Origin: Octopus sinensis
Lineage: Eukaryota
Direction: 5' to 3'
Length of the DNA: 64,000 nt
Assembly (NCBI RefSeq): GCF_006345805.1
Contig: NC_043000.1
Span: 98,890,001-98,954,000 of the forward strand
Part shown: positions 14,784-25,539 of the stretch, in pieces
How positions within the stretch are numbered: position 1 is the first letter of the stretch
Layout: each line of letters starts with the position of its first letter
Notes under the pieces: model-generated
The model's input: only the letters and a program-made list of their open reading frames with translations
Told to the model about the DNA's origin: nothing
Database searches by the model: none
Position numbers and translations under genes: made by a program

Positions 14784-14897
14784 AATAAATTTATATAGGT
14801 GTCGAGGTACGTTTGTATTCACACACACACACACACACACTTATATATATACATACATACACGCATACACGCACATATACATGCATACATATATGTA

Positions 14898-15108
14898 CGA
14901 GGGGTGCTGAAAAGTTCCCAGCTTTGAGTAAGAAAAATATGGGAGTGTCAGGTAATTATGATTTTATTCAACGCACTCTCCTCTCAGATTCGCACGCTTC
15001 TGACAGCGGTCCATGTTTTTTAAGCCCTGTAAAAGAACTAGCAAGGTCGACCTTCCAACCAGCCCTTTTGCCATACCCTTAAAATCACGAGGTTTCTGTA
15101 CCCCCTCG
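14898..15108. mobile_element. Tc1/mariner-type MITE (211 bp)
   Basis: TA|CGAGGGG at the left end and CCCCCTCG|TA at the right end: imperfect terminal inverted repeats with TA duplication; no ORF. Confidence 0.7.
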
Positions 15109-15204
15109 TATGTCTATGCACACCCTCCCCACATACATACATACATACATACATACATACATACATACATACATACACAGCTCTATATTTGAGAGAGGAA
15201 CTAT

Positions 15205-15355
15205 GTACATTATTTACGTTATTTGCATTTGACGGATATTTGTCCTCATCTTATTTGTTGTTAACACAACGTTTCGGGTGATATATTCTCCAGCCTTCAT
15301 CAGGTATCTTGGCGAAATTTCGAACCTGGGTTCTTATTCGTAAGGTATTTTTCCA
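15205..15355 (-). mobile_element. Short hammerhead-bearing element, family H2 (Penelope pseudo-LTR-like)
   Basis: Homologous to 17895-18040 in the opposite orientation (AACCCAGGTTCGAAATTTC...CTGATGAAGGCTGG...ACGTTGTGTTAACAAC...ATATCCGTCAAATG). Confidence 0.7.
15263..15308 (-). ncRNA. Minimal type I hammerhead fold (H2)
   Basis: GATAC-CTGATGA-A-GGCTG gagaatatat CACCC-GAAA-C-GTT-GTGTT: canonical core, 5-bp stem I with two G-U, one mismatch in stem II. Confidence 0.6.
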
Positions 15356-15378
15356 TGTTATTATTATTATTATTATTA

Positions 15379-15423
<45 letters not shown>

Positions 15424-15430
15424 CATTATT

Positions 15431-15960
15431 GAGTCAGAGAGCAGTGCATAGCTTCAAAGTGACACTGGGGTAAAATATACGAAGCCCAGTATACCCATCA
15501 TGACTACCTGTCTGATAAGGGTACACCAGGAACATGCATCACAACCATACATGCGTGACATGGTGATGTCATATCAAGATAAACAGCGCATGACCTGGCA
15601 GGTGGGGCCCAGTTAGAATTTTTTTCTGGTCGAGTAGCCCATCCCGCTCAAAAGGTATCTGAATAAGGATTGTTTAAGGATGTTGAACGAACCACCCATG
15701 TTTCCAAAGTTGAATTATCAAAACCTCCAAGAATTCCTTTCAGCACACGGTTATGATGCTTCCCCACTACTTCTGCTCGTGGTCAGAGATGCACATATCG
15801 TCAGCCACTAAGGGACATGGTCAAATGGTTATGGTCAAACAACTGACAAGCAAATCTGTGGTATTGAGCGGAATATTTGCTGTAGGCCATCTTTTATAAC
15901 ACTTCCAATCAGTTAAGATCAGAAGCCACGAGAGCCAGAGTCTGATATTGCATCAAGGCA
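15431..15960 (-). mobile_element. Non-coding retroposon fragment ending in (TAA)n (candidate LINE 3' UTR or SINE)
   Basis: Minus-strand end ...GTCACTTTGAAGCTATGCACTGCTCTCTGACTC runs into (AAT)n; the same terminus recurs at 60988-61019, also before (AAT)n. Confidence 0.55.
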
Positions 15961-15961
15961 T

Positions 15962-15993
<32 letters not shown>

Positions 15994-16014
15994 CTTCTTC
16001 TTCTTCTTCTTCTT

Positions 16015-16098
<84 letters not shown>

Positions 16099-16230
16099 AT
16101 TATTAATTATTATTATTATTATTAATTATTATTATTATTATTATTAATTATTATTATTATTACTATTATTGTTATTATTATTATTATTGTTATTATTATT
16201 ATTAATTATTATTAATATTATTGTCATTAA

Positions 16231-16261
<31 letters not shown>

Positions 16262-16310
16262 ATTATTATTATTATTAATATTATTATTATTATTATTATC
16301 ATTATTATTA

Positions 16311-16341
<31 letters not shown>

Positions 16342-16563
16342 ATTATTATTATTATTATTGTTATTATTATTATTATTGTTATTATTACTATTAATATTAT
16401 TATTAATATTATTGTCATTAATTATTATTATTATTATTATTATTATTGATTATTATTATTATTAATTATTATTATTATTATTATTTATTATTATTTTTAT
16501 TATTATCATTATTATTATTATTAATTAATATTATTATTATTAATTATTATTATTATTATTATT
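15961..16563. repeat. Compound (TTG)n(TTC)n(TTA)n microsatellite, ~600 bp
   Basis: Direct reading; imperfect TTA array with internally repeated variant blocks. Confidence 0.95.
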
Positions 16564-16956
16564 CAGTAGTTTTATTTTTATAGCGTGCTTTCACTTCACT
16601 ACCGAGCGCAGCTCTGTGTGCCTTGGGTATGTGCTGTGATTTGCTGTGATGCTCTGATGGTTATTGTATGGAAAGTGTTCTGCGTAGGATGTGTGCAGTG
16701 CCTAGTAGTGCAATTTTCTGTATGTTATATGTGTTTGTAAGTCCTGGTGTTTTTGTTATGTATTTGTCTGAATATTTTTTTATCATGCCTAATGCACCTA
16801 CTATGATAGGAATTGTTTCTGTTTTCAGGTTCCACATTCTAGTTACCTCTATTTCCAGGTCTTTGTATTTTGAGAGTTTCTCCATTTCTTTTAGAGACAC
16901 GTTGTCATCTGCCGGTATTGATACATCAATTAGAAAGCATTTTTTCTTCATGATCT
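16564..16956 (-). mobile_element. 5'-truncated R4/Dong-like LINE 3' end, copy A (endonuclease C-terminus and 3' UTR)
   Basis: ORF KKCFLIDVSIPADDNVSLKEMEKLSKYKDLEIEV...ETIPIIVGALG is the D-x(n)-E/K part of a restriction-like endonuclease; flanked by (TTA)n on both sides. Confidence 0.9.
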
Positions 16957-16977
16957 CTGACTATTATTATTATTATG

Positions 16978-17053
<76 letters not shown>

Positions 17054-17173
17054 ATTATTATTATTAATTATTATTATTATTATTAATAATATTATTATTA
17101 TTATTGTTGTTGTTGTTGTTATTATTATTATTATTATAATTATTATTATATTATTATTATTATTATTATTATT

Positions 17174-17566
17174 CAGTAGTTTTATTTTTATAGCGTGCTT
17201 TCACTTCACTACCGAGCGCAGCTCTGTGTGCCTTAGGTATGTGCTGTGATTTGTTGTGATGCTCTGATGGTTATTGTATGGAAAGTGTTCTGCGTAGGAT
17301 GTGTGCAGTGCCTAGTAGTGCAATTTTCTGTATGTTATATGTGTTTGTAAGTCCTGGTGTTTTTGTTATGTATTTGTCTGAATATTTTTTATCATGCCTA
17401 ATGCACCTACCATGATAGGAATTGTTTCTGTTTTTAGATTCAACATTCTGGTTACCTCTATTTCCAGGTCTTTGTATTTTGAAAGTTTCTCTTTTCCTTT
17501 AGGAGACATGTTGTCATCTGCCGGTATTGATACATCAATTAGAAAGCATTTTTTTCTTCATGATCT
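17174..17566 (-). mobile_element. 5'-truncated R4/Dong-like LINE 3' end, copy B
   Basis: Roughly 96% identical by eye to copy A; flanked by (TTA)n on both sides. Confidence 0.9.
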
Positions 17567-17573
17567 ATTATTA

Positions 17574-17637
<64 letters not shown>

Positions 17638-17654
17638 CATCATTATTATTATTC

Positions 17655-17746
17655 AGGTGATTGCCTTGAATCGAACTCGGAATCTTGGGGTTAGTAGCCT
17701 GCGCTCTTAACTCCAAAATTCCGAGTTCGATTCCAGGTAGTGACCT
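17655..17746. mobile_element. Fold-back of a tRNA-derived short retroposon with outward (AAT)n tails
   Basis: Left arm on minus strand GTTAAGAGCGCAGGCTACTAACCCCAAGATTCCGAGTTCGATTC; right arm on plus strand CCAAAATTCCGAGTTCGATTCCAGGTAGTGACCT; both contain a B-box-like GTTCGATTC. Confidence 0.65.
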
Positions 17747-17747
17747 A

Positions 17748-17789
<42 letters not shown>

Positions 17790-17894
17790 TAATTCGTTTA
17801 TTGGCCACAAGCGCTAACAAAAATCAATTAAGACATAAAGGGACAAAACACAGGACGAAAGTTACAATGTGTTTTGCTCGTTTGAAAATATTAA

Positions 17895-18040
17895 CATCGA
17901 AAAATATCTTAGGAATGGGAACCCAGGTTCGAAATTTCCCCTAGCCACCTGATGAAGGCTGGAAGAGTATATCAGCCAAAACGTTGTGTTAACAACAAAC
18001 AAGATGAAGGCAAATATCCGTCAAATGTAAATAATGTAAA
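17895..18040 (+). mobile_element. Short hammerhead-bearing element, family H2, second copy
   Basis: Homologous to 15205-15355; followed by an (ATAC)n tract. Confidence 0.7.
17946..17988 (+). ncRNA. Hammerhead fold (H2) with GAAA mutated to AAAA, probably inactive
   Basis: CAC-CTGATGA-A-GGCTG gaagagtatat CAGCC-AAAA-C-GTT-GTG: perfect 5-bp stem II, core G12 lost. Confidence 0.5.
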
Positions 18041-18963
18041 GAATATACGTACGTACATACATACATAATACATACATACATACATACATACATACATACA
18101 TACATGCATATATACATATATATGTGTGTATATATGTCTCTGTGTGTACATCTTTATATGTGTGTATAGTTATATACGTATAAAATAATGAATATGACAA
18201 ATTTATGCATATGTGTATGTATATATGCATCTATTCATCCTCATGTACATGTATGTATGTATCTACGTATAAGTGTACGACTTAGGCTGTTTAAGAAGGA
18301 ATGAAGTTTAGGTTGTCTAAATTTGCTTCCTCGCGTATAATTTCTACTCGCTGTCTCACCCACAGTTTTGATTGCTTTTTTCTCAAAAGTAGAGCGGATT
18401 TCTTGTTATTTTATTTAACACATTCTAATTATTTTCTCGCGAGATTTTTTTAATAAAATTACTACAACCGAATCTTTTTCTCCTATAATTCCTATTCTAT
18501 ATCAGCTGATATTCTTTTGTTCATTTTGTGATATTTTTTTTTTTGAAAAACATTTACTTATATTTCCAGATATTGATTTATAAAAATGTTATTCACACTA
18601 TTCTTCTTTGAATTTTAGTCGTAGTCTTCTCGGATGCATTCCGTATTTACGTGTTAGGTATGTTTCTAGTAGTTAGCCGGTGATGTATCTTTACTGTTTA
18701 TGACTACTTGACGCCATCCATGGTATTTACACAATTTTCGCTGGATCTACCTTAGGAATCCCTCAGTATTTGTTGAGTGTATAACAAACGATACAGACGG
18801 AAAATAGAATATATATGAAACCTTATTTCTCACAACGATCTTTTCGGTCCATCCTGCAACGATCCCTCCCGGGTCGGGTACCGTGAAACTGGTTGTACTG
18901 CATCACTCGGTGCAGAAGTGTCTCGTCACGTGATGTTATGAGGGGTATCTTATTCAATACACA

Positions 18964-19064
18964 TTGTTTCGCTCGGTTTTATACAGTATGTTAGTGACTG
19001 TGGGTTTAGGCCGTCGGGCTCCAGTGGTCACTAACAACATACTGTATAAAACCGAATGAAACAA
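18964..19064. repeat. 101-bp hairpin, arms of about 35 bp
   Basis: TTGTTTCgcTCGGTTTTATACAGTATGTTAGTGAC pairs with GTCACTAACaacATACTGTATAAAACCGAatGAAACAA. Confidence 0.8.
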
Positions 19065-19169
19065 GATTTATTTAGCGAGACATCCCGTATAACATAACCT
19101 GACAATATACTTCTGTACCGAGTAATGCACCACAACCAGTTGTGCAGTATATATATATATATTATATAT

Positions 19170-19243
<74 letters not shown>

Positions 19244-19279
19244 CACACACACACATACATATATGAGTATATACTGTTT

Positions 19280-19593
19280 AACTGTTTTACTTGTTTCAGT
19301 CATATGCGAGCAGGCATGCTGGGACACCGCTTGAAGTGTTTTAGTCGAACTAATCGTACCGCTAATTTAGGGAGACGTAAACACGCCAACACCGGATGTC
19401 AAGTGGTTGTGGGAGAAAACACAAAAACACACGCACATGACGGGCCTCTTTCAGTTTCCGCCTACCAAATCTGCTTACAAGTCTTTGGTCTGTGCGAGGC
19501 TACAGTAGAAGACACTCTCCCAACGTGTCACACAGTGGGGTTGAACCCTGAACCATGTGGTCAGGAAGTAAGCTTCTTACCACACAGCCACGT
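19280..19593 (-). mobile_element. CORE-like tRNA SINE, diverged, with an internal deletion
   Basis: TTCAGTTTCCGCCTACCAAATC and GAACCATGTGG...TTACCACACAGCCAC match the family on the minus strand. Confidence 0.8.
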
Positions 19594-19680
19594 CATAGAT
19601 ATATACTAATGATTGATGTTATGTTAATTTGCAATAAAAATCAATTATTCAATATATTTTTGTGGGAAACGTCTTTACAG

Positions 19681-19712
<32 letters not shown>

Positions 19713-19840
19713 TGTATGTATGTATGTATGTATGTATGTATGTATGTATGTATGTAGTATGTATATATGTATGTATATATGTATGTATGTAGTATGTATA
19801 TATGTATTATGTATGTATGTATATATGTATGTATGTACGT
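19681..19840. repeat. (ATGT)n microsatellite
   Basis: Direct reading. Confidence 0.95.
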
Positions 19841-20520
19841 GTGTGTGTATATGTTTACAGCCATAAAAACAGACACACACATATATACATGCATACATAC
19901 GTATATGTTTATATATAATGTCTAGAAAATGACTCAAGTTGAAACCCCCATGTTAGTAATTTTAGATATCTAGAGACACTGAAAACCTATTAAATTCAGT
20001 TTTTAAATTTATCTCTTGGGGTGTCAAAATTTTTGACATCACATTGCGACCTTGATCACCGACACAGTTCCACACCAGCATGTTCTTGCGTAATTTCACT
20101 AATATGCTTGGTTATATATTTGCTTATGTACATGTGATTGTATGTGTCTGTGAGAGAGAGAGAGTGATTAATTGAATCTGGTTGAGATAAAGATAAATAG
20201 ATAGATAGATATATAGATACAGAGAGAGAGAGAGAGAGACAGAGAGAGAGAGAGAGAATTTATATAACTATACGTATGACTAAAACATTTTTGCTGATGT
20301 TTAATGGTAGTTCGAAAGAGGAGAAATTGGGAAGATAGCAAAACATTACCTAGTACTAAAATTCAATAATTTAGTACACACATACACATATATATATATA
20401 TGTTTTTAAACATTTTTTAAAGTTTTAGTATGTATATATATATATATATATACATATGCAAGTGTGTCTATGTGCGTCGTGTGTGTATGTATATTTTTCT
20501 ATGCCTATGAGTGCATATAC

Positions 20521-20565
<45 letters not shown>

Positions 20566-21022
20566 CATGGAAACACACACACACATATACTTACACACAT
20601 ACATACGCACACATAAGTATGTGTGTTGATCAGTGTGATTTGTCATAACTAAAAGCATAATCTTGATTAAGTGAAATTTCTTGGCCTATCATATCAATTA
20701 TACTTACTTTCATTTTACTATTTCGTTTTCATGCTGCCGGCAACCCTAGCGTTTCCGAATTACTCTAAATACATGTGTTCGTGTGTGTAAGTACAGACAA
20801 TTGTGTATAGTCGAAGGTACCTCATACTTGACTTGCACTTTGCGCCACACATTTGACACCATCAAATATTGAACGGGTGAATTGGAATAAGTTTTTGACT
20901 GACTGCTCGTCTACCGGGTTTTATATGCTTTGGGTTGTTGAGTTCTGTGAGTTTATAAATGCGTTGTTCCATGTGTGTAGTTTGTGTGTATATGCATTTA
21001 GATGCACCAGTGTGACTGTGAG

Positions 21023-21106
<84 letters not shown>

Positions 21107-21314
21107 GGGAGAATATTTGCATAACTATAGTGATGATGGAAAATATGTTATGAAATTTGACAGTAGTGTGAAGGGAAAAAGTATTATAGATAATGAAACA
21201 GAACCATTTTTTTCAAATTTATTTATTCACTTTATCATTTCATGCCATAAATCTATATATATATTGTGTGTGTATACCTACACAGACGGACAGACACACA
21301 TGTGTATATATGTA

Positions 21315-21346
<32 letters not shown>

Positions 21347-21534
21347 CCTGTTTATTCGTATATAAATCCACACTCATATATGTGCATATGTACGTATATG
21401 TGCACATAATACATATACATGTGTGTGTATGTGTGTGTAAACAGGCAAATTCTGAGTGAATTAGGAAACGGCGGCGAGTGAAATTTTGTAAATAGAATTA
21501 TAAACCTTCACCGTATACTGACTATAGAAAATAG

Positions 21535-21652
<118 letters not shown>

Positions 21653-21654
21653 GC

Positions 21655-21687
<33 letters not shown>

Positions 21688-22812
21688 TATGCGGAGTAAG
21701 AGGAAGGAGATATATTCTGTTTAGAGATTACCCATTAATGACAGAATGACAGAAAAAAAACAATGAATGGAAGAAAAGAAATCTGATATCAAGTTTCTTG
21801 ATGTTTCATTCAGCTTAACACCAGTAAGAAACTAAGAAATATCATTTCCGTGTCTATATTACTTTTTAATGAAATCTTCACGCGAATATCAACTCGATAT
21901 ATCGTTATTTTTATATATAATTTTAGTTTGTATACGTTTTTCTTTTTACGTGGCGTCAAATCGCCTGACAGATTATTGATCGAAAGTTCTGATAGAAACT
22001 TTTTTACCTGCTTTGAAAACAATACAATATAGTTTTCTATTATTGATTTCTAACAAAGACATAAGGGCTTGATATAAAGGGTAGTGTTTGTTGTGATACT
22101 GTGTTCTTATGGAATTTATTATGCTATTGGCCAGTCTTTTTCATACACCAAACTCAGAAGTTGAATACTTTTACCAGCTGTTCATTAAAGTCGAGAGGTT
22201 TAACTGCAATACCTCGCAGCACTTTTTTCAATCGGCTCAGTATCCACTGAACTCAGTCACTGGTTACGTATTGTCGAAAATTTTCTTATTACTTTTCCTG
22301 ATGCTGATGGATTAAATTCCTTATATCTATAATATACTTGCTATCTCACAATATATTACTACCTCTGATAATTACGAGGCCATGACAAATTGTCTTCAGG
22401 GAATCGACATTAATGTGGTGAAATAATTGATGCTTTTAAGATACCAGTTCTTCATTCGCGAACAATAGCCATCGAGTTATTTGACTAAAGTTTACAAGCT
22501 TTCAGATTTACAAGTTTTGAAATGACGGAATTATTTATAAAAACTTTGGTAAGAGATAATTTATTTTCTGGTTTGAGGTTGACAGGAAATAAAAATCGAA
22601 CTAGACGATAATGAAACTGCTAGATTCGGAAGCAAAAGTTGAGAAGAAAAGAAAAAAAACGGACTTTGAGCTAAAAATGCTAGTTTTTACCGAAAGCTAT
22701 CTTCGTAAACTATTACTACTATAGGACACCATAAAAGGATTAAGTTGGAAAGAAAGTTCTGTCGCATTTTTCATACGATCGCTGTCGCATTTCTGAAAGA
22801 TCACTTAAAATA

Positions 22813-23366
22813 TAGGGTTGTCCGGAAAGTTCGTGCCGATTTATATTGTAGCTTATCTTTCGACTTATTTCAGAACATAGTTGAGTCCTTAAAATTGGAT
22901 TTGACTACACCTCCATTTAGAGCACAGTTTAAGCTATCTTTTCGTGTAAGACGATTTATGTTCCTATAACCTGTGTTAATTTTGTAACCCTTTAAAATGG
23001 AAGATAAGAAAGTTCATTTTCGGCACTTGATGCTATTGGAACCAGACAAAAATTGCTGCTGCTCGGCTGGGATGTGTTACCCCACCCTCCATATTCACCA
23101 GATATCGTTCCTTCGGATTCCCACTTATTTAGGTCTCTGCAGAATAGTTTTAATGGTAGAAATTTCAATTCCTTGGATGACGTAAAAAGATACTTTGATG
23201 AATTCTTTGCCATGAAACCACATCGATTCTGGGAAGAGGGTATTTTCAAGTTAAAGGAAAGATGGAGACGCATTATGCAACAAAATGGCTCGTATTTGGT
23301 TGATCAAAAATGTAATGACCTTTTTCTTTCCTTTAAAAATCGACACGAACTTTCCAGACAACCCAA
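22813..23366 (+). mobile_element. Internally deleted mariner element (554 bp) with both TIRs and TA duplication
   Basis: TIRs TAGGGTTGTCCGGAAAGTTCGTGCCGATTT and AAATCGACACGAACTTTCCAGACAACCCAA; transposase N-terminus MEDKKVHFRHLML joined to C-terminus GWDVLPHPPYSPDIVPSDSHLFRSLQN. Confidence 0.92.
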
Positions 23367-23489
23367 TACTTACAATAAACCAAGCACTAATTCTTACATT
23401 CTGTTTCTTTCTTTGCAAGTTTCTTTATAGCATAGATGTTTAATTCGTGAGTTTAAATTAGAGCTATATTAAACTGGACACTCCACGAA

Positions 23490-24140
23490 CTCAGAAATGG
23501 TCTCTTCAGCAACATAAGCAGCAAGAAATATTCGTCCTCTCTATGGAAGAGAAACTTCAAGTGTCCAAACATGCCGACGATGGTTTAGCTAGTTCTCCTC
23601 GGTAAAAGTTTCCCTCTCAAGCGCCCTTCGCTTTGGGTAACGAAGTTCTGTCAATATTGACCTCCTGAAAACTGAAGTTGAGGAAAATCCAAAGCAAACT
23701 GTACGAGAATTAGGAAAACAGTTCAGTTCAATTCACACTTCAATAATGATTATGAACTAAGATAGGTGTTTAAACTTAGTCAGTGGGTTCCTCATCGTCT
23801 GAAGACTTCTCAGCTTAATTAAAGTGTTTCACTCTGCTAGTCGTTGAAGATTAAAAGTTTTGCCAAAACCTTCCTTGGTAGAATTGTTACGAGTGAAGAA
23901 AAATGGGTTCTCTATGATCATATGCAAGGAAAACAACAATAGTTAACACCCAAAGGAAATGGAGTACATCCGAAAAAGTTATTCTCTGTGTTAAAGTCAA
24001 AATGCAGAAATGTACTGTCATCATTTGGAAGTATACCACAACAAATTTGGCATAAAATGGGCCAATCATTGGTCATTCATAAAAGGGGTGTTGCTCTCAC
24101 ACGATAAAGTAAGGTCACACATTACCCATGTTATCCAAGG
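23490..24140 (+). pseudogene. Degenerate mariner transposase remnant, a second and older family
   Basis: Broken frames contain TCRRWF, NPKQTVREL, SQWVPHRL, GRIVTSEEKWVLYDH, HPKK and LLSHDKVRSH (decayed WVPHEL, TGDEKW and HDNARPH motifs). Confidence 0.8.
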
Positions 24141-24615
24141 AAAAATTATGCACAAATTTTCAGATTATTATAACATTATTTAGAGAAAAAATGTTTAGTA
24201 ATTGGGAAGCGGTTTAAATTGATATTGACTGTTTCTTAGCTTCGAAACGGCAAGAATTTCACAATTTATGCTCCAGAGATCAGTAATTTGCTACATAAAG
24301 GAGAATACGTTATCAATAGCGAAGGGAAATATTATATTGATTAAATATATTAACCAAGTCCTAAGAGGCTTCTGTTTATTTCTTAGCTTCTATCTTCTAC
24401 TTGTTTCAGTCATTAGACTGTGGCCATGCTGGGGCTCCACATTGAAATTATAGTCCAATGAATCGACACTAGTACTTATTGTTTAAGCCTGGTATTTATT
24501 TTACTGGTCTCTGTTGCCAAACCACTAAGTTACGGGGGAGTAAACACACCAACACCGGTTGTCAAGCAGTGATGACAGGACAAACACAAGCACAAAGACA
24601 CACACACATATATGT

Positions 24616-24824
24616 GACCGCGTGTGTACCGTTGTCGATTTTTTCCCCTCCGTCTTCCCTTCTCTGGATCTTTCCTTTTCCTATGTTTCTGACGAAGAGC
24701 TCCGCTCGAAACGTTAAACCCTCCTTCTTCCCTTCCTTCCTGAGCGTCCAATAATACTATATTTGTTCCACGTCCTCGCATTGTTGTGTTTTCTCTTTGT
24801 GTTTTCATGTTTGGATTAACTTTC
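24616..24824 (+). mobile_element. Short hammerhead-bearing element (H1-related)
   Basis: Same layout as H1: pyrimidine-rich leader, hammerhead, then CCTGAGCG...TAATAC and a T-rich tail running into (TA)n. Confidence 0.7.
24685..24719 (+). ncRNA. Minimal type I hammerhead ribozyme fold with an intact canonical core
   Basis: GTTT-CTGACGA-A-GAGC tcc GCTC-GAAA-C-GTT-AAAC: stems I and II perfect, palindromic AACGTT stem III, predicted cut after GUU at 24715. Confidence 0.75.
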
Positions 24825-25481
24825 ATATATATATATATATATATATATTGATATATATGTATATATATATATATATATACATATTTATACAACAAGCTTC
24901 TTCCAGTTTCCGTCTACCAAATCCACTCACAAGGCTTTGATCGGCCCGAGGCTATATTAGAAGACACTTAAGGTGTCAAGCAGTGGGACTGAATACGGAA
25001 CCATATGGTTGGGAAGCAACCTTCTTACCACACAGCTACGCCTGCACCTATATCCTATATGGAAATGCAACAGGACTTTTTTACAATCTAATAATTTCTG
25101 CGGCTGCTTACCAGAAATATTTCCTTTTGGTGGGCAGGAAGTATGTTTGACAAAAAATAATAAGCCACGAATAGGAAAATTGCGTATGAAACGCAGACCA
25201 TCAATATAAACTTAGTATACTAATATGCAACTCACTAATTCATTGAACTTTGTTAAGTTTTAACAAAGATTTAGTTTCTTAAAATATTCGGAAAGAACAT
25301 TTATTTCTCCAGAGCTGAAAACAAATCTTCAGAAAATATCTTCTACACTCTAACCACTTCCTTTAGAGGATGTACATCTAACCATTATTTCAGCTACTTT
25401 GCTGCAAAACTGTGATCTATAATTTGGAATAAACATATATACACGAATACTTGCAATCACGTACATATGTGTGAAAGAGTT

Positions 25482-25539
<58 letters not shown>

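Larger units (their letters stand above)
24393..25048 (-). mobile_element. CORE-like tRNA SINE interrupted by a hammerhead-bearing element
   Basis: Head at 24890-25048 and tail at 24393-24610; the insert lies in the SINE's internal TA/CA tract. Confidence 0.85.
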
